The position numbers and the translations under genes are program-made. This document shows, piece by piece, positions 12,501-23,862 of a stretch of 23,862 nucleotides of DNA. The DNA lies in NCBI GenBank assembly GCA_002189035.1, contig NEEC01000280.1:1-23862 (forward strand), written 5' to 3'. This DNA comes from Utricularia gibba. Lineage: Eukaryota; Plantae; Magnoliophyta. Each line of letters begins with the position of its first letter. Positions within the stretch are counted from its first letter, which is position 1. The notes under the pieces were generated by a model. That model was not told the origin of the DNA. It ran no database searches and worked only from the letters and a program-made list of their open reading frames with translations.

Positions 12501-13744
12501 AGCACACTGTTGGGAAGCCCTTTTCGAGCTCCAAGTATTATAATTTGGAGTTACGTTTGTCCGATAACTGTGGACATATTAAAAACAAGCCACAACGAAA
12601 AGTGTCTTAGGTGTCCTTTCTTGGTGGCTGCGTCTAAGAATGTGCTTCTCGTTCTCGACATTGATGCAAATGGGATACACGGCAAAAGAATCAAATAGCC
12701 ACTAGAGACATGGTGTATGGGAATGGTGCATCAAGAATCAGAAGTATCATAGCAACTAATTGAATCAATCAACAGCCAAAACATATGGTGTCAAACTTCA
12801 TCGGATATGCGATCAAGATGGAAAAAAGTCACATGTTACATCATGAATTTCGTGGCATCACTTATCCCAACACTGTTATATACTCAGGATATGCGTAAAT
12901 ATTTATTTTTAACAAATCCGTGCACGTGTGATTTTTCGGATGCATCCCGAATGTGATGCGCAATGAAATGACTACGTCGCACATCCTGGTACGCGAACAC
13001 CTCTGCATAACATGCAGATCCTTGCTCTTCATAGCACACTGTTGGGAAGCCCTTTTCGAGCTCCAAGTATTATAATTTGGAGTTACGTTTGTCCGATAAC
13101 TGTGGACATATTAAAAAAGGGCCACAACGAAAGGTGTCTCACGTGGCATTCCGTGGTGACTGCATTTAATAATGTGCTTCATGTTCTCGAAATTGATGCG
13201 AACAACATACAAGGCAAAAGAATCAAATAGCCACTAGAGACATGGTATACGGGAATGGTGCATCAAGAATCAGAAGTATCATAGCAACTAAATGCATCAA
13301 CATATGGTGTCAGAATTCATCTACTATGCGATCAAGTTGGAAAAAAGTCACATGCTACATCATGAATTTCGTGGCATCACTTATCCCAACACTGTTATAC
13401 ACTCTGGATATGCGTAAATATTTATTTTTAATGAATCCCGTGCACGTGTGATTTTTAGGATGCACCCCGAATGATGATGCGCAATGAAATGACTACGTCG
13501 CACATCCTGGTCCGCGAAGCACCTCTTGCATAACATGCAGATCCTTGCTCTTCATAGCACACTGTTGGGAAGCCCTTTTCGAGCTCCAAGTATTATAATT
13601 TGGAGTTACGTTTGTCCGATAACTGTGGACATATTAAAAACAAGCCACAACGAAAAGTGTCTTAGGTGTCCTTTCTTGGTGGCTGCGTCTAAGAATGTGC
13701 TTCTCGTTCTCGACATTGATGCAAATGGGATACACGGCAAAAGA

Positions 13745-15210
13745 ATCAAATAGCCACTAGAGACATGGTGTATGGGAATGGTGCATCAAGAATCAGAAGT
13801 ATCATAGCAACTAATTGAATCAATCAACAGCCAAAACATATGGTGTCAAACTTCATCGGATATGCGATCAAGATGGAAAAAAGTCACATGTTACATCATG
13901 AATTTCGTGGCATCACTTATCCCAACACTGTTCTCAGGATATGCGTAAATATGGTGCACGTGTGAAAAATGCGCAATGAAATGACTACGTCGCACATCCT
14001 GGTCCGCGAGCATAACATGCAGATCCTTGCTCTTCATAGCACACTGTTGGGAAGCCCTTTCGAGCTCCAAGTATTATAATTTGGAGTTACGTTTGTCCGA
14101 TAACTGTGGACATATTAAAAAAGGGCCACAACGAAAGGTGTCTCACGTGGCATTCCGTGGTGACTGCATTTAATAATGTGCTTCATGTTCTCGAAATTGA
14201 TGCGAACAACATACAAGGCAAAAGAATCAAATAGCCACTAGAGACATGGTATACGGGAATGGTGCATCAAGAATCAGAAGTATCATAGCAACTAAATGCA
14301 TCAACATATGGTGTCAGAATTCATCTACTATGCGATCAAGTTGGAAAAAAGTCACATGCTACATCATGAATTTCGTGGCATCACTTATCCCAACACTGTT
14401 ATACACTCTGGATATGCGTAAATATTTATTTTTAATGAATCCCGTGCACGTGTGATTTTTAGGATGCACCCCGAATGATGATGCGCAATGAAATGACTAC
14501 GTCGCACATCCTGGTCCGCGAAGCACCTCTTGCATAACATGCAGATCCTTGCTCTTCATAGCACACTGTTGGGAAGCCCTTTTCGAGCTCCAAGTATTAT
14601 AGTTACGTTTGTCCGATAACTGTGGACATATTAAAAACAAGCCACAACGAAAAGTGTCTTAGGTGTCCTTTCTTGAAGAATGTGCTTCTCGTTCTCGACA
14701 TTGATGCAAATGGGATACACGGCAAAAGAATCAAATAGCCACTAGAGACATGGTGTATGGGAATGGTGCATCAAGAATCAGAAGTATCATAGCAACTAAT
14801 TGAATCAATCAACAGCCAAAACATATGGTGTCAAACTTCATCGGATATGCGATCAAGATGGAAAAAAGTCACATGTTACATCATGAATTTCGTGGCATCA
14901 CTTATCCCAACACTGCGGATATGCGTAAATATTTATGAATCCGGTGCACGTGTCTCCCGAATTGATGCGCAATGAAATGACTACGTCGCACATCCTGAAA
15001 CACCTCTTGCATAACATGCAGATCCTTGCTCTTCATAGCACACTGTTGGGAAGCCCTTTTCGAGCTCCAAGTAGGAGTTACGTTTGTCCGATAACTGTGG
15101 ACATATTAAAAAAGCCACAACGAAAGGTGTCTCACGATTCCGTGGTGACTGCATTTAATAATGTGCTTCATGTTCTCGAAATTGATGCGAACAACATACA
15201 AGGCAAAAGA
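13745..15210. repeat. Three internally deleted monomers (A 481 bp, B 504 bp, A 481 bp)
   Basis: Junction spacing is 13745-14226-14730-15211. The missing blocks can be read directly against the consensus (first A monomer: net -5, -17, -22, -10, -1; B monomer: -7, -12). Confidence 0.9.
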
Positions 15211-16710
15211 ATCAAATAGCCACTAGAGACATGGTATACGGGAATGGTGCATCAAGAATCAGAAGTATCATAGCAACTAAATGCATCAACATATGGTGTC
15301 AGAATTCATCTACTATGCGATCAAGTTGGAAAAAAGTCACATGCTACATCATGAATTTCGTGGCATCACTTATCCCAACACTGTTATACACTCTGGATAT
15401 GCGTAAATATTTATTTTTAATGAATCCCGTGCACGTGTGATTTTTAGGATGCACCCGAATGATGATGCGCAATGAAATGACTACGTCGCACATCCTGGTC
15501 CGCGAAGCACCTCTTGCATAACATGCAGATCAATTGCTGGCACACTGTCACATGTTACATCTGTTATACACTCTGGATACTTATCGTAAAACATTTTGTA
15601 TTTTCAGGATATGCAATCAAATATGCATTTTGTGATTTTTATCCGATGCACGTGAATTTATGATGCGCAATGAAATGACTACGTCGCACATCCTGGTCCG
15701 CGCGCACCTCTTGCATGAACATGTCGCAGATCCTGGTCCGCATAGCACACTTGCATAGGACATGCCATCTTTGCGAGCATAGCACACAATGTTGGAGTTA
15801 CGTTTGTCCGAGCTGTGGCCACTTATAATTTGGAGCCACAACGTTTGTCCGTATAACTAGACATATTAAAAAAGTCCTTTCTTGGTGGCTGCGTCTAAGA
15901 ATGTGCTTCTCGTTCTCGACATTGATGCAAATGGGATACACGGCAAAAGAATCAAATAGCCACTAGAGACATGGTGTATGGGAATGGTGCATCAAGAATC
16001 AGAAGTCATAGCAACTAATTGAATCAATCAACAGCCAAAACATATGGTGTCAAACTTCATCGATATGCGATCAAGATGGAAAAAAGTCACATGTTACATC
16101 ATGAATTTCGTGGCATCACTTATCCCAACACTGTTATACACTCTGGATATGCGTAAAATGATTTTAATGCAACCCGTGCACGGCAAAATTTCAGGAGCCA
16201 CTACATGAATATACGGGTGAATGCATCAAATGACTACAGTCGCACTAGCATCCAAAGGCATCAACATGCATGGTGTCAGAATTCATCTACTATGCGATCA
16301 AGTTGGAAAAAAGTCACATGCTACATCATGAATTTCGTGGCATCACTTATCCCAACACTGTTATACACTCTGGATATGCGTAAATATTTATTTTTAATGA
16401 ATCCCGTGCACGTGTGATTTTTAGGATGCACCCCGAATGATGATGCGCAATGAAATGACTACGTCGCACATCCTGGTCCGCGAAGCACCTCTTGCATAAC
16501 ATGCAGATCCTTGCTCTTCATAGCCCTTGTCGAGCTCTTTTCGATCCATAATTTGGAGTTACGTTTTGGAGTTACGTTTGTCCGATAACTGTGGACATAT
16601 TAAAAAAGGGCCACAACGAAAGGTGTCTCACGTGGCATTCCGTGGTGACTGCATTTAATAATGTGCTTCATGTTCTCGAAATTGATGCGAACAACATACA
16701 AGGCAAAAGA
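15211..16710. repeat. Two over-long (740 and 760 bp), partly scrambled repeat units built only from monomer fragments
   Basis: Junctions are at 15211, 15951 and 16711. Segments 15530-15885, 16157-16270 and 16520-16575 are interleaved short pieces of the monomer. Confidence 0.85.
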
Positions 16711-17231
16711 ATCAAATAGCCACTAGAGACATGGTATACGGGAATGGTGCATCAAGAATCAGAAGTATCATAGCAACTAAATGCATCAACATATGGTGTC
16801 AGAATTCATCTACTATGCGATCAAGTTGGAAAAAAGTCACATGCTACATCATGAATTTCGTGGCATCACTTATCCCAACACTGTTATACACTCTGGATAT
16901 GCGTAAATATTTATTTTTAATGAATCCCGTGCACGTGTGATTTTTAGGATGCACCCGAATGATGATGCGCAATGAAATGACTACGTCGCACATCCTGGTC
17001 CGCGAAGCACCTCTTGCATAACATGCAGATCCTTGCTCTTCATAGCACACTGTTGGAAGCCCTTTTCGAGCTCCAAGTATTATAATTTGGAGTTACGTTT
17101 GTCCGATAACTGTGGACATATTAAAAACAAGCCACAACGAAAAGTGTCTTAGGTGTCCTTTCTTGGTGGCTGCGTCTAAGAATGTGCTTCTCGTTCTCGA
17201 CATTGATGCAAATGGGATACACGGCAAAAGA

Positions 17232-19821
17232 ATCAAATAGCCACTAGAGACATGGTGTATGGGAATGGTGCATCAAGAATCAGAAGTATCATAGCAACTA
17301 ATTGAATCAATCAACAGCAAAACATATGGTGTCAAACTTCATCGGATATGCGATCAAGATGGAAAAAAGTCACATGTTACATCATGAATTTCGTGGCATC
17401 ACTTATCCCAACACTGTTATACACTCTGGATATGCGTAAATATTTATTTTTAATGAATCCCGTGCACGTGTGATTTTTAGGATGCACCCCGAATGATGAT
17501 GCGCAATGAAATGACTACGTCGCACATCCTGGTCCGCGAAGCACCTCTTGCATAACATGCAGATCCTTGCTCTTCATAGCACACTGTTGGGAAGCCCTTT
17601 TCGAGCTCCAAGTATTATAATTTGGAGTTACGTTTGTCCGATAACTGTGGACATATTAAAAAAAGCCACAACGAAAAGTGTCTCAGGTGCCTTTCGTGGT
17701 GACTGCATTTAAGAATGTGCTTCTCGTTCTCGAATTGATGCAAACATACAGGCAAAAGAATCAAATAGCCACTAGAGACATGGTATATGGGAATGGTGCA
17801 TCAAGAATCAGAAGTATCATAGCAACTAATGCATCAATCAACAAACATATGGTGTCAGAATTCATCGGATATGCGATCAAGTTGGAAAAAAGTCACATGC
17901 TACATCATGAATTTCGTGGCATCACTTATCCCAACACTGTTATACACTCTGGATATGCGTAAATATTTATTTTTAATGAATCCCGTGCACGTGTGATTTT
18001 TAGGATGCCCCGAATGATGATGCGCAATGAAATGACTACGTCGCACATCCTGGTCCGCGAAGCACCTCTTGCATAACATGCAGATCCTTGCTCTTCATAG
18101 CACACTGTTGGGAAGCCCTTTCGAGCTCCAAGTATTATAATTTGGAGTTACGTTTGTCCGATAACTGTGACATATTAAAAAAGCCACAACGAAAGGTGTT
18201 CACGTGGCATTCCGTGGTGCTGCATTTAATAATGTGCTTCATGTTCTCGAAATTGATGCGAACAACATAAGGCAAAAGAATCAAATAGCCACTAGAGACA
18301 TGTATACGGGAATGGTGCATCAAGAATCAGAAGTATCATAGAACTAAATGCAATCAACATAGGTGTCAAATTCATCTACTATGCGATCAAGTTGGAAAAA
18401 AGTCACATGCTACATCATGAATTTCGTGGCATCACTTATCCCAACACTGTTATACACTCTGGATATGCGTAAATATTTATTTTTAATGAATCCCGTGCAC
18501 GTGTGATTTTTAGGATGCACCCCGAATGATGATGCGCAATGAAATGACTACGTCGCACATCCTGGTCCGCGAAGCACCTCTTGCATAACATGCAGATCCT
18601 TGCTCTTCATAGCACACTGTTGGGAAGCCCTTTTCGAGCTCCAAGTATTATAATTTGGAGTTACGTTTGTCCGATAACTGTGGACATATTAAAAACAAGC
18701 CACAACGAAAGTGTCTTACGTGTCCTTTCTTGGTGGCTGCGTTAAGAATGTGCTTCTGTTCTCGAATTGATGCAAAATACAGCAAAAGAATCAAATAGCC
18801 ACTAGAGACATGTGTATGGGAATGGTGCATCAAGAATCAGAAGTATCATAGCAACTAATTGAATCAATAACATATGGTGTCAAATTCATCTATATGCGAT
18901 CAAGATGGAAAAAAGTCACATGTTACATCATGAATTTCGTGGCATCACTTATCCCAACACTGTTATACTCTGGATATGCGTAAATATTTTTTTTATGAAT
19001 CCGTGCACGTGTGATTTTTAGGATGCACCCCGAATGATGATGCGCAATGAAATGACTACGTCGCACATCCTGGTCCGCGAAGCACCTCTTGCATAACATG
19101 CAGATCCTTGCTCTTCATAGCACACTGTTGGGAAGCCCTTTTCGAGCTCCAAGTATTATAATTTGGAGTTACGTTTGTCCGATAACTGTGGACATATTAA
19201 AAAAGCCACAACGAAAGTGTCTCACGTGGCTTTCCGTGGTGCTGCGTTTAATAATGTGCTTCTGTTCTCGAATTGATGCAAACATACAAGGCAAAAGAAT
19301 CAAATAGCCACTAGAGACATGGTATACGGGAATGGTGCATCAAGAATCAGAAGTATCATAGCAACTAAATCAATCAAACATATATGGTGTCAAATTCATC
19401 TATATGCGATCAAGATGGAAAAAAGTCACATGTTACATCATGAATTTCGTGGCATCACTTATCCCAAACTGTTATACACTCTGGATATGCGTAAATATTT
19501 ATTTTTAATGAATCCCGTGCACGTGTGATTTTTAGGATGCACCCCGAATGATGATGCGCAATGAAATGACTACGTCGCACATCCTGGTCCGCGAAGCACC
19601 TCTTGCATAACATGCAGATCCTTGCTCTTCATAGCACACTGTTGGGAAGCCCTTTTCGAGCTCCAAGTATTATAATTTGGAGTTACGTTTGTCCGATAAC
19701 TGTGGACATATTAAAAAAGGGCCACAACGAAAGGTGTCTCACGTGGCATTCCGTGGTGACTGCATTTAATAATGTGCTTCATGTTCTCGAAATTGATGCG
19801 AACAACATACAAGGCAAAAGA
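17232..19821. repeat. Five A/B hybrid monomers (HOR phase lost)
   Basis: A and B diagnostic bases alternate within single monomers (e.g. 17661-17750, 17780-17880, 18830-18900, 19200-19290), and all have B-type middles. Confidence 0.85.
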
Positions 19822-22800
19822 ATCAAATAGCCACTAGAGACATGGTATACGGGAATGGTGCATCAAGAATCAGAAGTATCATAGCAGAAAAAAAAAACAT
19901 GGTGTCAGAATTCATCTACTATGCGATCAAGTTGGAAAAAAGTCACATGCTACATCATGAATTTCGTGGCATCACTTATCCCAACACTGTTATACACTCT
20001 GGATATGCGTAAATATTTATTTTTAATGAATCCCGTGCACGTGTGATTTTTAGGATGCACCCCGAATGATGATGCGCAATGAAATGACTACGTCGCACAT
20101 CCTGGTCGCGAAGCACCTCTTGCATAACATGCAGATCCTTGCTCTTCATAGCACACTGTTGGGAAGCCCTTTTCGAGCTCCAAGTATTATAATTTGGAGT
20201 TACGTTTGTCCGATAACTGTGGACATATTAAAAACAAGCCACAACGAAAAGTGTCTTAGGTGTCCTTTCTTGGTGGCTGCGTCTAAGAATGTGCTTCTCG
20301 TTCTCGACATTGATGCAAATGGGATACACGGCAAAAGAATCAAATAGCCACTAGAGACATGGTGTATGGGAATGGTGCATCAAGAATCAGAAGTATCATA
20401 GCAACTAATTGAATCAATCAACAGCCAAAACATATGGTGTCAAACTTCATCGGATATGCGATCAAGATGGAAAAAAGTCACATGTTACATCATGAATTTC
20501 GTGGCATCACTTATCCCAACACTGTTTTATACTCAGGATATGCGTAAATATTTATTTTTAATGAATCCCGTGCACGTGTGATTTTTTCGGCTGCACCCCG
20601 AATGATGATGCGCAATGAAATGACTACGTCGCACATCCTGGTCCGCGAAGCACCTCTTGCATAACATGCAGATCCTTGCTCTTCATAGCACACTGTTGGG
20701 AAGCCCTTTTCGAGCTCCAAGTATTATAATTTGGAGTTACGTTTGTCCGATAACTGTGGACATATTAAAAAAAGGGCCACAACGAAAGGTGTCTCACGTG
20801 GCATTCCGTGGTGACTGCATTTAATAATGTGCTTCATGTTCTCGAAATTGATGCGAACAACATACAAGGCAAAAGAATCAAATAGCCACTAGAGACATGG
20901 TATACGGGAATGGTGCATCAAGAATCAGAAGTATCATAGCAACTAAATGCATCAACATATGGTGTCAGAATTCATCTACTATGCGATCAAGTTGGAAAAA
21001 AGTCACATGCTACATCATGAATTTCGTGGCATCACTTATCCCAACTGTTATACACTCTGGATATGCGTAAATATTTATTTTTAATGAATCCGTGCACGTG
21101 TGATTTTTAGGATGCACCCCGAATGATGATGCGCAATGAAATGACTACGTCGCACATCCTGGTCCGCGAAGCACCTCTTGCATAACATGCAGATCCTTGC
21201 TCTTCATAGCACACTGTTGGGAAGCCCTTTTCGAGCTCCAAGTATTATAATTTGGAGTTACGTTTGTCCGATAACTGTGGACATATTAAAAACAAGCCAC
21301 AACGAAAAGTGTCTTAGGTGTCCTTTCTTGGTGGCTGCGTCTAAGAATGTGCTTCTCGTTCTCGACATTGATGCAAATGGGATACACGGCAAAAGAATCA
21401 AATAGCCACTAGAGACATGGTGTATGGGAATGGTGCATCAAGAATCAGAAGTATCATAGCAACTAATTGAATCAATCAACAGCCAAAACATATGGTGTCA
21501 AACTTCATCGGATATGCGATCAAGATGGAAAAAAGTCACATGTTACATCATGAATTTCGTGGCATCACTTATCCCAACACTGTTGTATACTCTGGATATG
21601 CGTAAATATTTATTTTTAACAAATCCGTGCACGTGTGATTTTTAGGATGCATCCCGAATGTGATGCGCAATGAAATGACTACGTCGCACATCCTGGTCCG
21701 CGAAACACCTCTTGCATAACATGCAGATCCTTGCTCTTCATAGCACACTGTTGGGAAGCCCTTTTCGAGCTCCAAGTATTATAATTTGGAGTTACGTTTG
21801 TCCGATAACTGTGGACATATTAAAAAAGGGCCACAACGAAAGGTGTCTCACGTGGCATTCCGTGGTGACTGCATTTAATAATGTGCTTCATGTTCTCGAA
21901 ATTGATGCGAACAACATACAAGGCAAAAGAATCAAATAGCCACTAGAGACATGGTATACGGGAATGGTGCATCAAGAATCAGAAGTATCATAGCAACTAA
22001 ATGCATCAACATATGGTGTCAGAATTCATCTACTATGCGATCAAGTTGGAAAAAAGTCACATGCTACATCATGAATTTCGTGGCATCACTTATCCCAACA
22101 CTGTTATACACTCTGGATATGCGTAAATATTTATTTTTAATGAATCCCGTGCACGTGTGATTTTTAGGATGCACCCGAATGATGATGCGCAATGAAATGA
22201 CTACGTCGCACATCCTGGTCCGCGAAGCACCTCTTGCATAACATGCAGATCCTTGCTCTTCATAGCACACTGTTGGGAAGCCCTTTTCGAGCTCCAAGTA
22301 TTATAATTTGGAGTTACGTTTGTCCGATAACTGTGGACATATTAAAAACAAGCCACAACGAAAAGTGTCTTAGGTGTCCTTTCTTGGTGGCTGCGTCTAA
22401 GAATGTGCTTCTCGTTCTCGACATTGATGCAAATGGGATACACGGCAAAAGAATCAAATAGCCACTAGAGACATGGTGTATGGGAATGGTGCATCAAGAA
22501 TCAGAAGTATCATAGCAACTAATTGAATCAATCAACAGCCAAAACATATGTGTGTCAAACTTCATCGGATATGCGATCAAGATGGAAAAAAGTCACATGT
22601 TACATCATGAATTTCGTGGCATCACTTATCCCAACACTGTTGTATACTCAGGATATGCGTAAATATTTATTTTTAACAAATCCGGTGCACGTGTGATTTT
22701 TCGGATGCATCCCGAATGTGATGCGCAATGAAATGACTACGTCGCACATCCTGGTCCGCGAAGCACCTTGCATAACATGCAGATCCTTGCTCTTCATAGC

Positions 22801-23862
22801 ACACTGTTGGGAAGCCCTTTCGAGCTCCAAGTATTATAATTTGGAGTTACGTTTGTCCGATAACTGTGGACATATTAAAAAAGGGCCACAACGAAAGGTG
22901 TCTCACGTGGCATTCCGTGGTGACTGCATTTAAAATGTGCTTCATGTTCTCGAAATTGATGCGAACAACATACAAGGCAAAAGAATCAAATAGCCACTAG
23001 AGACATGGTATACGGGAATGGTGCATCAAGAATCAGAAGTATCATAGCAACTAAAATGCATCAACATATGGTGTCAGAATTCATCTACTATGCGATCAAG
23101 TTGGAAAAAAGTCACATGCTACATCATGAATTTCGTGGCATCACTTATCCCAACACTGTTATACACTCTGGATATGCGTAAATATTTATTTTTAATGAAT
23201 CCCGTGCACGTGTGATTTTTAGGATGCACCCGAATGATGATGCGCAATGAAATGACTACGTCGCACATCCTGGTCCGCGAAGCACCTCTTGCATAACATG
23301 CAGATCCTTGCTCTTCATAGCACACTGTTGGGAAGCCCTTTTCGAGCTCCAAGTATTATAATTTGGAGTTACGTTTGTCCGATAACTGTGGACATATTAA
23401 AAACAAGCCACAACGAAAAGTGTCTTAGGTGTCCTTTCTTGGTGGCTGCGTCTAAGAATGTGCTTCTCGTTCTCGACATTGATGCAAATGGATACACGGC
23501 AAAAGAATCAAATAGCCACTAGAGACATGGTGTATGGGAATGGTGCATCAAGAATCAGAAGTATCATAGCAACTAATTGAATCAATCAACAGCCAAAACA
23601 TATGGTGTCAAACTTCATCGGATATGCGATCAAGATGGAAAAAAGTCACATGTTACATCATGAATTTCGTGGCATCACTTATCCCAACACTGTTGTATAC
23701 TCAGGATATGCGTAAATATTTATTTTTAACAAATCCGTGCACGTGTGATTTTTCGGCTGCATCCCGAATGGTGATGCGCAATGAAATGACTACGTCGCAC
23801 ATCCTGGTCCGCGAACACCTCTTGCATAACATGCAGATCCTTGCTCTTCATAGCACACTGTT
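19822..23862. repeat. B/A dimeric HOR resumes (B 19822, A 20339, B 20877, A 21397, B 21931, A 22453, B 22985, partial A 23507-end)
   Basis: Diagnostic alleles alternate again, with more scattered 1-bp indels and mixed alleles than in 1-13,744. Confidence 0.92.

Larger units (their letters stand above)
1..13744. repeat. Homogeneous dimeric higher-order repeat: 13 consecutive A+B units of ~1,059 bp (536 + 523)
   Basis: Diagnostic alleles alternate strictly (GTGTATGGG/GTATACGGG; AATTGAATCAATCAACAGCCAAAACAT/AAATGCATCAACAT; AAAAAAGGGCC/AAAAACAAGCC). Error-free units measure 1,059 bp (e.g. 4224-5282, 7400-8458, 8459-9517). The ORF track repeats with the same period. Confidence 0.97.
1..23862. repeat. 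Tandem satellite-like array of ~530-bp monomers (45 recognisable junctions; array runs off both window ends)
   Basis: The anchor ATCAAATAGCCACTAGAGACATG recurs head-to-tail at 1, 536, 1058, 1593, 2115, 2651, 3174, 3704, 4224, 4760, 5283, 5819, 6342, 6877, 7400, 7936, 8459, 8995, 9518, 10052, 10575, 11109, 11632, 12167, 12690, 13222, 13745, 14226, 14730, 15211, 15951, 16711, 17232, 17760, 18280, 18790, 19299, 19822, 20339, 20877, 21397, 21931, 22453, 22985 and 23507. All copies are in the same orientation and there is no unrelated sequence between them. Confidence 0.99.

Noticed and set aside
22064-22297. Minus-strand ORFs (MELEKGFPTVCYEEQG...) and other 60-94-aa ORFs in the 3' half
   Set aside because: They appear only where 1-bp indels fuse frames and are absent from clean monomers.
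1-23862. CRISPR array or prokaryotic repeat system
   Set aside because: There are no 23-50-bp repeats separated by unique spacers. The intervening sequence is itself repeated, and there are no cas-like ORFs.

Overview
The whole 23,862-bp window is one head-to-tail tandem array (satellite-like DNA). I can support no gene, RNA gene, CRISPR array or intact mobile element. The basic monomer is about 530 bp (about 41% GC by hand count) and has two variants: A (536 bp, begins ATCAAATAGCCACTAGAGACATGGTGTATGGG) and B (523 bp, begins ...ATGGTATACGGG). They alternate strictly, giving a 1,059-bp dimeric higher-order repeat (HOR). A and B differ by one 13-bp indel and about 45 substitutions (about 91% identity), spread very unevenly: a 166-bp core is essentially invariant, while the 95 bp that follow carry 23 differences. 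I count 45 monomer junctions. The A/B phase is clean from 1 to 13,744 and again from about 19,822 to the end. Between these are multiply deleted monomers (13,745-15,210), scrambled patchworks of monomer fragments (about 15,530-16,575) and A/B hybrid monomers (17,232-19,821). Many 1-bp deletions sit exactly on A/B-diagnostic bases, which points to consensus or assembly noise from out-of-phase reads rather than real variants. All ORFs in the track are recurring short frames of the repeat and I treat them as non-coding. The host organism and repeat family cannot be identified from sequence alone.
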